DNA from: Gemmatimonadales bacterium
Lineage (GTDB): Bacteria > Gemmatimonadota > Gemmatimonadetes > Gemmatimonadales > GWC2-71-9
Assembly (NCBI GenBank): GCA_037189525.1
Contig: JBBCJC010000003.1
Location: forward strand, 754,351 to 818,350
Reading direction: 5' to 3'
DNA length: 64,000 bases
Of the stretch, positions 43,709 through 52,764 are shown piece after piece; position 1 is the first letter of the stretch; every line of letters begins with the position of its first letter. A model generated the notes under the pieces. The model saw only the letters and a program-made list of their open reading frames with translations. It was not told the DNA's origin and searched no databases. A program made the position numbers and the translations under genes.

Positions 43709-44985
43709 TCGTGGCGGATCGCTTCGACGGGTTGCAGGCGCGACGCGAACCGCGAGGCCGGAATGGTCGCAGCCAGCGCAATGGCCAGGCTGACGATCAT
43801 GATGGCGATGACGTCGAACGGCTCGATATGCACCGGCAGATGATCGATGAAGTAGATCGACGGATCGATGCGGATCAACTGGCTTCCGTCGAGCACGAAT
43901 GCCACCGTAAAGCCCAGGATCAGCCCGAGGCCGGTCCCGACCACGCCGATGGTGGCTCCCTGCGCCACGAAGATGCGGCCGATCGACGCCGGGCGAAGTC
44001 CCATGGCCAGCAGAATGCCGATCTCGCGGGTCCGCTCGCCGACGATCATCGTCAACGTGCCGATGATGTTGAACGCCGCCACCACGCTGATGAACGTGAT
44101 GACCAGTGCCATCCCCAGCTTCTCGAGCTGCATGGCGCCGAAGAGGCTCTGATTCTGCTCTTGCCACGCAATGGTGCGGTACGGATAGCCGAGTTGCGTC
44201 TCGATCCGGCGCCCCACCTCCTGGGCCTTCCACGGGTCCCGTACCCGGACCTGAATGCCCGAGACCGCGGTACCAAGGCCGGCAAACTGCTGGGCTTCCG
44301 ACAGCCGCATCACGATGAACTCGTCATCGTACTGGTACATCCCGGTGTTGAAGGTGCCGACCACCTCGAAGAGCCAGGGCCGCACCGTGGGCACACCGAG
44401 CGCCCGGTTGCGGTTCTGGACGTCGTTCGGCGAAATCAGCGAGACGACGTCGCCGACGTAGGTCGACAACCGATTGGCCAGCCGGTAACCGATGATGATG
44501 CCGCCGTCGACGGTATCCTGGGTGGTTCGGAAGTCGAGCGCACCGTCCGAGATTGCCTTGGGCAGCGAGGTGACGGAAACCGCGCCGGTATCGGGGTCGA
44601 GCCCGATCACATCGGCGGCGGCCGGATAGTTGGCACTGTTGAGGACCAGCGTTTTCACCAGGACTTCCGGCGCGGCCGCAACGACATCCGGGTCCTTACG
44701 GACCGAATCGAGAACGGCACGCCAGTCGTTGACCCGGAGATTGGCGCCGAACGTCAGCACGTGCAGGTGCGGATTACCGACCAGGATCTTGTCGCGCAAA
44801 TCGTTCCTGAGACCGTTGATGATTCCTAAGACAACGATCAGCGCGGCCACCCCGATGGCCACACCCGCAATGGCGATCTTGGTGTTGAGGCTCGCGAAGC
44901 GCGACGATTTCCGGCCCGCCAGATAGCGCAGCGCGACCCGCCGCTCGAGCGGATCGGGCCACCAGGAGCGTCGAGGCGCGCTCAC
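43705..44985 (-). CDS. lolC: Lipoprotein-releasing ABC transporter permease (LolC/E)
   Basis: ALRYL, GVAIGVAALIVV, AFNI..TL.M.V.E..REIGIL..MG, YFIDHLP and P.EAIRHE. Confidence 0.9.
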   Translation of the reverse strand: MSAPRRSWWPDPLERRVALRYLAGRKSSRFASLNTKIAIAGVAIGVAALIVVLGIINGLRNDLRDKILVGNPHLHVLTFGANLRVNDWRAVLDSVRKDPDVVAAAPEVLVKTLVLNSANYPAAADVIGLDPDTGAVSVTSLPKAISDGALDFRTTQDTVDGGIIIGYRLANRLSTYVGDVVSLISPNDVQNRNRALGVPTVRPWLFEVVGTFNTGMYQYDDEFIVMRLSEAQQFAGLGTAVSGIQVRVRDPWKAQEVGRRIETQLGYPYRTIAWQEQNQSLFGAMQLEKLGMALVITFISVVAAFNIIGTLTMIVGERTREIGILLAMGLRPASIGRIFVAQGATIGVVGTGLGLILGFTVAFVLDGSQLIRIDPSIYFIDHLPVHIEPFDVIAIMIVSLAIALAATIPASRFASRLQPVEAIRHE

Positions 44986-46508
44986 CCCGGGCCGGCCCCT
45001 TCGGGACGCATGGCCGGAAAGAGAATCACGTCCCGGATCGACGCTTGGTCGGCAAGGAGCATGACCAGCCGGTCGATACCGAGGCCGAGCCCTCCGGTCG
45101 GCGGCATACCGTACTCCAGCGCCCGGATGTAGTCGGTATCGTACGGCTGGGTTTCGTCGTCGCCGGCGGCGCGCTGCCGCACCTGATCCTCGAACCGGGC
45201 GCGCTGATCGTCGGGATCGTTGAGCTCACTGAAGGCGTTGGCGATTTCCTTGGTGTTGACGAAGAGCTCGAATCGCTCGACGACACCGGGCTTCGAACGA
45301 TGGACCTTGGCCAGCGGCGAAATCGAGACCGGATGATCGACGACGAAGGTCGGCTGAACCAGTTCCAGCTCGACGAAGGTCTTGAAGAGTTCGTCGAGCA
45401 GGCGCCCGCCCGTCATGGTATCGACGGCCTCGCGCGGTTCGCCCGCGCGCACCAGGCGGTCGCGCATCTGGGCCTCGGTGGCCGTCGTGAGGGCGAGCCC
45501 CGACCGTTCTTCGATGGCCTCGACGAATGAGACCCGCTGCCAGGGCGGCGTAAAATCGATGGTACGCCCTCCGACCTCGATCGAGGTCGTCCCGTGACAG
45601 TGCTGGACCAATGCCGGGAGCATCGATTCCATCATGGCCATCATGTCCGTGTAGTCCATGTAGGCCGCGTAGAACTCGAGCATGGTGAATTCCGGATTGT
45701 GGGTCCGGTCCATGCCCTCGTTCCGAAAGTCGTGTCCGATTTCGTAGACGCGGTCGAACCCGCCGACGATGAGACGCTTGAGATAGAGCTCGTCGGCAAT
45801 GCGCAGGTAGAGCGGCATGTCCAGCGCATTGTGGTGGGTGACGAACGGCTGGGCCGAGGCGCCACCGTAGAGCGACTGGAGGATCGGCGTTTCCACTTCC
45901 AGGAAGCCGCGTTCGTCCAGGAACCGCCGGATGAACTTGATGGCCTCGGCGCGCAGCACGAAGACCCGGCGGACCTCGGGATGCACCGCCAGATCGGCAT
46001 ACCGTTGCCGGTAGCGAAACTCCGGGTCGGCCACGCCGCCATAGGTCACCGTTTCACCGGTGTCGGTCGTCTGCACCTTGCCCCGCGGCAGCGGCTTCAG
46101 ACTCTTGGTGAGGAACTGGACGCTCGCGCCTTTGATGGTGACTTCGCCCGTCTTGGTCCGGAAGAGCGCCCCCGAGACCCCGATGAAATCGTCGAGGTCG
46201 ATCTGCCTGACGACGGCGTACCGATCGCCCAGCGCGTCCTGCCGAAAGTAGACCTGGACCCGGCCGGTCTGATCTTCGAGGTGCAGAAAGGTGGTTTTCC
46301 CCTGCGAACGAAGCGCGACCACTCGGCCAGCTGCCTTGACCTCCGGCCCCTGCTCGCCCATGGCGTCGTCATACAAGGCGGCGATCTTACCGGCCTGATG
46401 GGTTCGGTCGAACCGATAGGCATACGGATTCTCGCCCATGGCTTCGAGCGCCGCTCGCGATTCCCGCCGCGCCGCCTCGACATAAGTCCGCTCGTCGCCT
46501 TGCGTCAC
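44982..46508 (-). CDS. lysS: Lysine--tRNA ligase (class II)
   Basis: OB-fold anticodon domain, RYRQRY.DL, LRIADELYLKR, FRNEG..HNPEF and YGMPPTGG.G.GIDR. Confidence 0.97.
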   Translation of the reverse strand: MTQGDERTYVEAARRESRAALEAMGENPYAYRFDRTHQAGKIAALYDDAMGEQGPEVKAAGRVVALRSQGKTTFLHLEDQTGRVQVYFRQDALGDRYAVVRQIDLDDFIGVSGALFRTKTGEVTIKGASVQFLTKSLKPLPRGKVQTTDTGETVTYGGVADPEFRYRQRYADLAVHPEVRRVFVLRAEAIKFIRRFLDERGFLEVETPILQSLYGGASAQPFVTHHNALDMPLYLRIADELYLKRLIVGGFDRVYEIGHDFRNEGMDRTHNPEFTMLEFYAAYMDYTDMMAMMESMLPALVQHCHGTTSIEVGGRTIDFTPPWQRVSFVEAIEERSGLALTTATEAQMRDRLVRAGEPREAVDTMTGGRLLDELFKTFVELELVQPTFVVDHPVSISPLAKVHRSKPGVVERFELFVNTKEIANAFSELNDPDDQRARFEDQVRQRAAGDDETQPYDTDYIRALEYGMPPTGGLGLGIDRLVMLLADQASIRDVILFPAMRPEGAGPG

Positions 46509-47609
46509 GCCGCCGATCCTCCGAACCGCTTGAGATAGATATGAATGAACTCGTCCAGATCACCGTCCATGACGCCCTGGACATCGCTCACCTTGAGTTC
46601 GGTCCGATGATCGTTGACCATGGTGTACGGCTGAAAGACATACGACCGGATCTGATTGCCCCAGGAGATATCCGTCTTGGTCGCTTCCACCTTGGCCTTC
46701 TCCGCTTCCTGCTCCTCGAGCTTCCGCTGATACAACGCGGCGCGCAGCATCTTCATGGCCGTTTCCTTGTTCTTGTGCTGGCTGCGCTCCTGCTGGCACG
46801 ACACCACGATTTTGGTCGGCATGTGGGTCAGGCGGACGGCCGACGACGTTTTGTTGACGTGCTGCCCGCCTGCGCCGGACGCGCGGAAGACATCCATCTT
46901 GATGTCTTCATCGCGCAGGTCGATATCGATGGTATCGTCGATATCCGGATAGACGAAGACCGACGCAAACGAGGTGTGCCGCCGCGCCTGCGAATCGAAC
47001 GGCGAGATCCGCACCAGGCGATGCACTCCCTTTTCCGCCTTGAGAAAGCCGTAGGCGTAGTCGCCCTCGATTTCGAGCGACGCGGAGGTAATCCCCGCTT
47101 CCTCGCCCGGTTCGAGATCGAGCACTTTGACCCGATAGCCGTGCTGCTCGGCCCAGCGACGATACATCCGGGTCAGCATCTCCGCCCAGTCCTGCGACTC
47201 GGTCCCGCCCGCTCCCGGATGGATGGTGAGCAGCGCGTTCCGCATGTCATCCGGACCCTGCAGCATCGACTTGAGTTCGAATGCCGCGACCGCCTTTTCC
47301 AGTCGGTCGACTTCGTGGCCGAGTTCCTCGGTCAGGCCTTCATCCGGCTCGACCTCGAGGAGTTCCTCCAGGCCCTTGGCATCCGTCAGGCGCTGCGCAA
47401 TCTCGCTGCCCGGCGTCAGCCAGCCCTTGAGCGCCTTGACCTCCTGAACGACCTCGCGCGCCCGTTCCTGGTTGGACCAGAATCCCGGACCGAGCTGCTC
47501 ACCTTCCAGTACTTCCAACCGCCGTGCTTTGCCAGGCAAGTCAAAGAAAGTCTCGCAGTTCGGTGGCGCGACGGTCGAGCGCGGCGAGACGATCGGTGAG
47601 ATTCGACAT
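46505..47609 (-). CDS. prfB: Peptide chain release factor 2 with programmed +1 frameshift: join(47544..47609, 46505..47542)
   Basis: ATG 47609 (GGAAAGGA RBS) gives MSNLTDRLAALDRRATELRDFL, ending at CTT-TGA-C. The +1 frame continues DLPGK... and contains the SPF and GGQ motifs. Confidence 0.96.
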
Positions 47610-47711
47610 CTGGCAATTCCTTTCCCATTCATGGAAACGATCGAGCCGACCATCGAGAGTTTCGAAGGTCGGCTCATCCGTCACAATATAGCCGGGAAAC
47701 CCCGGCCTCTC

Positions 47712-48713
47712 CTATGGGAAAAGCGCCTGTCCGTCTGCCAGGATTTCGTTCAGCGCCTCATGGAAATACGGCGTCGACTCGGCCAGTTCGCGACCGACCT
47801 GATCGATGTACTCCTCCCAGCTCTTCTTGATCTCCTCCTCGAAGAGCGACTTGAGCGTGTTGCGCTGCAACCCTTCGCGGCGCTTGGCGGGATGATACAC
47901 CACCATGTCGGAGATCAGGGCGCGAGCCAGCCGCCGCGCCTTGGCCGACGGATCCTGACTCATGAAGGGATTGACCCGGACCTTCCGCGCGCCCGCAGCC
48001 GGAGCCGCTGCTGAGGGCCGAGGCATGGCGGGAGCCGCTGCCGGAAAGGGCGTCGAGAGGGGCGGAACGGCCGCAGCGGGCGCCCGTGCGATGCTGCCCG
48101 GAACTGCGGGCGCTATCGGTGTCCGCGGGGCCGTGACCGGAGGCGCAATGGGCGGAAGCGCGGTATCCGAGACCGCGGCTGCCGGCTCGAACGGTCGCGT
48201 GGCGGGCGGAGTCCCACCCACTGCCGGCGGTGCCAGACTCGGACTCGTGACGACCGGCGGAACCGGCGGGAACTCCGCTGCCTTCGGCGCTGCTGCGACC
48301 GGCGCAGGCGGGGCGGATTCGACGACCGGTGGCACCACCGGAGCGACCGGCTCCGGCGGAAACTCGGGCCACGGCGCCGGGATCTCCGGCTCACGGGACC
48401 GACGCTCCTCGATGGCATCGGCGACCGCCGGGGCCGTGGTCCGGGCGTGCCAGTCGTCGAACGACTCTCCGAACGGCGAGGTCAGCGCCTCGTCGCGAGT
48501 CGAATCGACCCCGGCAGCAGCCTCAGCAGGCGTCGGCTCGGATACCGGTGCGGGCTTGGCAGCGACAGGTGCCGCCGCGGCCGGAACCAGTTCGGTCACC
48601 CGAACCCAGAAAATGCCGCTGCACACCGAACAGCGCGCCCGCACCCCGGCAGCCGGAACTTTGGCCGGGTCGACGCGGAAAACGGTCTGGCAGGATGTAC
48701 ACGTTGCGTTCAT
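47712..48713 (-). CDS. MJ0042-type zinc-ribbon protein with Pro/Ala-rich linker and helical C-terminal domain
   Basis: N-terminal CTSC...RCSVC, a long low-complexity P/A linker, and C-terminal ARRLARALISDMVVY...EEIKKSWEEY. Confidence 0.85.
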   Translation of the reverse strand: MNATCTSCQTVFRVDPAKVPAAGVRARCSVCSGIFWVRVTELVPAAAAPVAAKPAPVSEPTPAEAAAGVDSTRDEALTSPFGESFDDWHARTTAPAVADAIEERRSREPEIPAPWPEFPPEPVAPVVPPVVESAPPAPVAAAPKAAEFPPVPPVVTSPSLAPPAVGGTPPATRPFEPAAAVSDTALPPIAPPVTAPRTPIAPAVPGSIARAPAAAVPPLSTPFPAAAPAMPRPSAAAPAAGARKVRVNPFMSQDPSAKARRLARALISDMVVYHPAKRREGLQRNTLKSLFEEEIKKSWEEYIDQVGRELAESTPYFHEALNEILADGQALFP

Positions 48714-48722
48714 ACGGAGCCT

Positions 48723-49688
48723 CTACCGCCCGGCGCGGTCGTCGCCGGTCCGGGTCTGACGACGGTCGACCACGAAGACCGATCCGGGCAGCGTTTTGGC
48801 ATAGCTCTTCATCTCGGTCGCCAGTTCGCTGACCTCCGCCGGGTGCGCAAAGGAACGATGGCGATTGGTGACGATCCCGACCGAGAGGGTCATCAACGGC
48901 ACCCGGTGCAGTTGTCCCCGCCGGTCCTTGCCGAAGTAATACCCGGCCCGCCGGTCCTGTTCGTTGTACTGATAGGGCACCAGCGTATCGAAGACCGACA
49001 GGATCTCGGTACAGACCAAGCTAATCTCGGCCGCGGGGATGATGAAGATGAAGTCATCGCCCCCGATGTGGCCGACGAAGCCGTTCGGACCCAACACGCC
49101 TTTGACGACATCGTGGAGGATGCGCGAGAGCATGTAGATGACACGATCGCCGTCGTAGTAGCTGTAGCGGTCGTTGTACTCTTTGAAATGATCGAGGTCG
49201 GCGTAGCAGACCGCGAATTCCTGATCGTTCTCGAGCCGGCGGCGGATTTCCCGATCGATCTCCGGCGCGCCCGGCAGGCGGGTCGACGGATGGACCGACA
49301 CGTCGCGCTGGCTGCGCACGCGCAGGGCATCCAGCCGGGCCAGCTGCTCTTCCGGGGGGAAGACATCGGTCAGGATCTCATCGGCGCCGGCTGCGAACCA
49401 CTGCTGCATCTTGTCGGCCTGATGCTGCCCGCCGAGCACCAGAGCCGGCACGATGGCCGTGAACGAATCGGACTTGAGCCGGCGAATTAATTCGGTACCG
49501 ATGGTGCTGGTCGCGTCGCCGTCGACCAGCAGAATGCAAGGGTGTCCCCGCAAGATGATCGACTCGACCTGATCCGGTTCGTCGAGCACCTCTACCGGAA
49601 AACGCTGATCCGTGGCCCACCGGCGGACCAGATCAGGTACCGGTCGCCCGACCGGCCCGAAGTAGAGAATGGTCGGGCGATTCCTCAC
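48723..49688 (-). CDS. Receiver-like domain + GGDEF-family diguanylate cyclase (GGDDF variant)
   Basis: YADLDHFKEYND and GHIGGDDF. The N-terminal receiver-like fold (ILLVD, AGADE) lacks the usual acidic pair. Confidence 0.85.
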   Translation of the reverse strand: MRNRPTILYFGPVGRPVPDLVRRWATDQRFPVEVLDEPDQVESIILRGHPCILLVDGDATSTIGTELIRRLKSDSFTAIVPALVLGGQHQADKMQQWFAAGADEILTDVFPPEEQLARLDALRVRSQRDVSVHPSTRLPGAPEIDREIRRRLENDQEFAVCYADLDHFKEYNDRYSYYDGDRVIYMLSRILHDVVKGVLGPNGFVGHIGGDDFIFIIPAAEISLVCTEILSVFDTLVPYQYNEQDRRAGYYFGKDRRGQLHRVPLMTLSVGIVTNRHRSFAHPAEVSELATEMKSYAKTLPGSVFVVDRRQTRTGDDRAGR

Positions 49689-49746
49689 CAGGTCACATCC
49701 CGTAAGAGGTTACAAATGGGCAACTTAGGAGCGTTCGACCCGACTG

Positions 49747-51573
49747 TCAAATGAACAGCGCCGCCACCGCGACCACGGCGTAGAGCGCGACCAGCTGCAC
49801 CCCCCGGAACCACCCCGCCTCCTCTTCCGAGGAAACCACCGTCAGGGCGCCGGCAGCCACCAGCAGGCCCAACAGCTCCACCCTGCCCAGAACAAGACTC
49901 ATTCCCGATCCGAGCCCCGCCCCGACCGCGACCGCCAGCGGGGCCAGAACGAGGGCTCCCTGGACCGCCGCGCCCCAGCCTCCCTGAAATGCCAGGTCGA
50001 CCCGGCCACGCCGCGCCGCGCTCAACGCCGGAGCCCGCTCCGCCACCGCCGTCACGAGCGGGATCAGCACGAACGCCAGGAGACCGAACGGAACGCCCCG
50101 GGCGGTCACCGCCGGAAGGGCGCCGACCAGCAGGCCGGCGCTCGCCACCAGCCCGCCCAGCGCCAGCACCAGCAGCCCGATGGCCGTGCCCGGCCCCCAC
50201 GGCGGGGCAACCGGGGTATGCTCTCCCCGCCCGAACAGCGCCGTGCGGGTCCTCCGGGCATGCCAGATGGCGGCCAGATAGGTCAGCAGCAAGACCGGCG
50301 CAATCCCGAAGGACGGATCGGCGGAGGTCGTGGCCGGATCGGCGAGACGCACGAAGAGCGTTGCGGCCGCGAGTCCCATCAGGGCCAGCGCCAGCGTCGG
50401 ACCATTGGGCCGCTGCAACGTGCGGTTGGTCCGCATCGAGGGATCGACACCGGCGACGAGCGATGCCAAGCCCGGGACCAGCAACGTGGTGGCCACGACA
50501 GCGCCCGCCAGAGCCCCCTGCGCCAGATCGGCGGCGCCCGCCACGAGCGCGACGATGACGACGACCAGGGTCGCAATATTGCCTAACGCTCCGTGGAGCA
50601 CGGCGCCGATGGTCGGGCCGGCGCGATCGGTCAGCGCCTCAGCCACGTATCCGGCGAGCCCCGCAAAGGCCGCCAGACCCACGGCCGCCGCGACCAGGAT
50701 GGCCAGCGGATCTCCTCCCGTGTACCAGAGACCCAGCGCCGCGGGCAATCCCAGAAAGAGCAGCCAACTCGGGCTGAACCGGAAGGTAGGCTGCGGGCGG
50801 GCCACCCGACGCGGGCCAACCGGCGCTGCCGCCGCTCGAGCCGATGCCGTTTGCCGATTCGATTCGGGGCGCTCCCGCGCCGGCCGGTCGGCCCGGTTCT
50901 CTCCGCGCGGCGACGAGCCCTTGGCCTCGTCGCGCCGGGCGTCCTCCCGTTTGGGGCGCTCCGCTTTTTCGCGCTTGGCTTCCGCTCGCCCTTCGGTATT
51001 GCCGTCCTCCCGCGGCTTCTTTTCCCGCGGTTCTCGGGGTGGACGCGGCTCGCGCGGTTCCCGACCCTGGCGTCCTTCGGCCGCGGGCTTGGCCGCCGGC
51101 TCCGCATTTCCAGGCGCTACCTCCGCAGCTTTCGGCGCCGGCGGCGGCTCGACCACCGGTTCCGGGAGGCCGAGTGCTGCGCGCAACGCCACGGGCGCGC
51201 GGGGATCGGCCTTGAGCAGCTGGGACATCCGTCCCTTCGGCTGGACCAGCAGCTGGCGCAACAAGTCCCGGTCCTCGACCGTTTCGCGGCCTTCCCGGGC
51301 GGCTTCCGCGCGGGCGGCTTCGACCACCCGCTCGGCAAAGCGGCTGAGCGCCGGTTCCGCCGACTCCCCTTCCGGCCCCTGCCGGAGCCCGGTCAGGAGT
51401 TCCTGACGCGCGCGGGCCGGTTCGATCCCGGCGCTGGCAAACAGTGTAGCCGCCAGGCTCGCATCATCGGCAAGCAGCGCAGCAAGCAGGTGTTCGGTTC
51501 CCACGAAGCCGTGGCGATGTTCCGCGGCAAGCCCTCTCGCGGTCGAGAGTGTCCGATCGACGACCTCCGTCAT
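49747..51573 (-). CDS. Clp N-terminal (Clp-R) domain fused to a CAX/ChaA-type cation/H+ exchanger domain
   Basis: N-terminal A...[15 protein letters not shown]lp-N repeats, a charged disordered linker, then about 10-11 TM segments matching CAX (AEAL..RAGPTIG..L...LGN, DLA, W..G.QL.ALY). ATG at 51573. Confidence 0.82.
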   Translation of the reverse strand: MTEVVDRTLSTARGLAAEHRHGFVGTEHLLAALLADDASLAATLFASAGIEPARARQELLTGLRQGPEGESAEPALSRFAERVVEAARAEAAREGRETVEDRDLLRQLLVQPKGRMSQLLKADPRAPVALRAALGLPEPVVEPPPAPKAAEVAPGNAEPAAKPAAEGRQGREPREPRPPREPREKKPREDGNTEGRAEAKREKAERPKREDARRDEAKGSSPRGENRADRPARERPESNRQTASARAAAAPVGPRRVARPQPTFRFSPSWLLFLGLPAALGLWYTGGDPLAILVAAAVGLAAFAGLAGYVAEALTDRAGPTIGAVLHGALGNIATLVVVIVALVAGAADLAQGALAGAVVATTLLVPGLASLVAGVDPSMRTNRTLQRPNGPTLALALMGLAAATLFVRLADPATTSADPSFGIAPVLLLTYLAAIWHARRTRTALFGRGEHTPVAPPWGPGTAIGLLVLALGGLVASAGLLVGALPAVTARGVPFGLLAFVLIPLVTAVAERAPALSAARRGRVDLAFQGGWGAAVQGALVLAPLAVAVGAGLGSGMSLVLGRVELLGLLVAAGALTVVSSEEEAGWFRGVQLVALYAVVAVAALFI

Positions 51574-51737
51574 ACCGGACGCGCCTCGTCGATCAGCATC
51601 ACGGGAATGTCGTCTTCGACCGGGTAGCCCAGCTTGCACACATGGCAGATCAGTACCTGATCATCCGGCCGGTATTCGAGGTCGCCCTTGCACTTCGGGC
51701 AGACCAGGATCTCCAGCAATTCTGGCGCGAGACTCAT
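51570..51737 (-). CDS. Trm112/YcaR-family small protein (55 aa, absent from the ORF track)
   Basis: [22 protein letters not shown]...[27 protein letters not shown], with ATGA overlaps on both sides. Confidence 0.93.
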   Translation of the reverse strand: MSLAPELLEILVCPKCKGDLEYRPDDQVLICHVCKLGYPVEDDIPVMLIDEARPV

Positions 51738-52606
51738 CGCGCGTCCCTCCGTTCATGAAGGTCCGGGAATCCCAGCCGCGTCAGCAGGTCCGCAGACTGC
51801 CGCCAGCGCGGCAGGACTTTGACCCAGGTTTCCAGATAGACCCGGCTCCCGAGCAACCCCTCCAGGCGCTCGCGAGCATGCTGACCGATGGCCTTGATGG
51901 TCCGCCCTTGCGTACCGATCAGGATTCGTTTCTGGGAGTCACGTTCGACGTACAAGGTCGCCCGAATGTACACGGGGTCCCGATTCTCCTGGAACTCCTC
52001 GACGTCGGCCGTGAACGCATACGGCAGCTCGTCCTCGAGGTACTGAAACGCCGCCTCTCGCAGATACTCGACGACGAAGAACCGGAGCGGCTGCGTGCCC
52101 AGATCGTCGGCCGGATACTCCCAGTCCCCTTCGGGCAGCAGGTCGGTGATCCGGTTGAGCAACTGATCGAGTCCGGTCCCCTGCGCGGCCGACACGAAGA
52201 CGCCGTCGTCGCTCACCTCGGCGCCGTCGGGTACCAGGTCCGCCTTGGTGTAGACCGTGATCTGCTTCCGAGGCACTTTGGCCTCCGGTGGCAGCAGGCT
52301 CGCGAGCGGCGGCGCCGGCGCTTCCGACGCAGGATGGAGATGGAGAACCACATCGGCCTGCGCAAGTTCCTTGAGGGCGACGCCGACCATCCGGGACTGC
52401 AGCAGATACGAAGGGTCGAGCAGGCCCGGGAGATCGTGGAAGGCAATCTGCGCCTCCCCTTCGGTGCGAATCCCCACCACCGGAAGGCGCGTCGCCTGCG
52501 CCTTCGGACTCACCATCGAGAGGGGTTCGCCGACCAGCGCGTTCATCAGGGATGATTTCCCGACATTGGGCCGACCCGCGAGGGCGACACGTCCAAATCG
52601 GGTCAT
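51734..52606 (-). CDS. era: GTPase Era
   Basis: [39 protein letters not shown] (KH domain) and YLETWVKV...W. ATG at 52606. Confidence 0.93.
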   Translation of the reverse strand: MTRFGRVALAGRPNVGKSSLMNALVGEPLSMVSPKAQATRLPVVGIRTEGEAQIAFHDLPGLLDPSYLLQSRMVGVALKELAQADVVLHLHPASEAPAPPLASLLPPEAKVPRKQITVYTKADLVPDGAEVSDDGVFVSAAQGTGLDQLLNRITDLLPEGDWEYPADDLGTQPLRFFVVEYLREAAFQYLEDELPYAFTADVEEFQENRDPVYIRATLYVERDSQKRILIGTQGRTIKAIGQHARERLEGLLGSRVYLETWVKVLPRWRQSADLLTRLGFPDLHERRDAR

Positions 52607-52764
52607 CGAACCATCAACGGAAGTCCGGTCGAAGCGCAAAGCGGCATAGCCTGGAAGAATAATCGAGCGATCGCCCCCCTGCAGTCGGGTCGGTTAGCTT
52701 GCAGGGCGTGACTTTCCGCGATGCGCTGGAACGCCACAGCGGCGTCCGCATTCGTACCCGGGCC

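Noticed and set aside
47610..47677. ORF-track N-terminus of prfB (start 47677) and similar long N-extensions of gpsA, merR, uvrC, lpxK, mcsA and lolD
   Set aside because: Better starts exist with an RBS or stop-start overlap. prfB is explained by the CTT-TGA frameshift.
47960..48600. Repeat-like GC-rich tract (and similar at 50820-51150)
   Set aside because: It encodes low-complexity Pro/Ala or charged protein linkers and is not a DNA repeat array.
48723..49688. Possible Hypr-type (3',3'-cGAMP-making) GGDEF enzyme
   Set aside because: The specificity position keeps Asp (YDGDRVI) rather than the Ser of Hypr enzymes.
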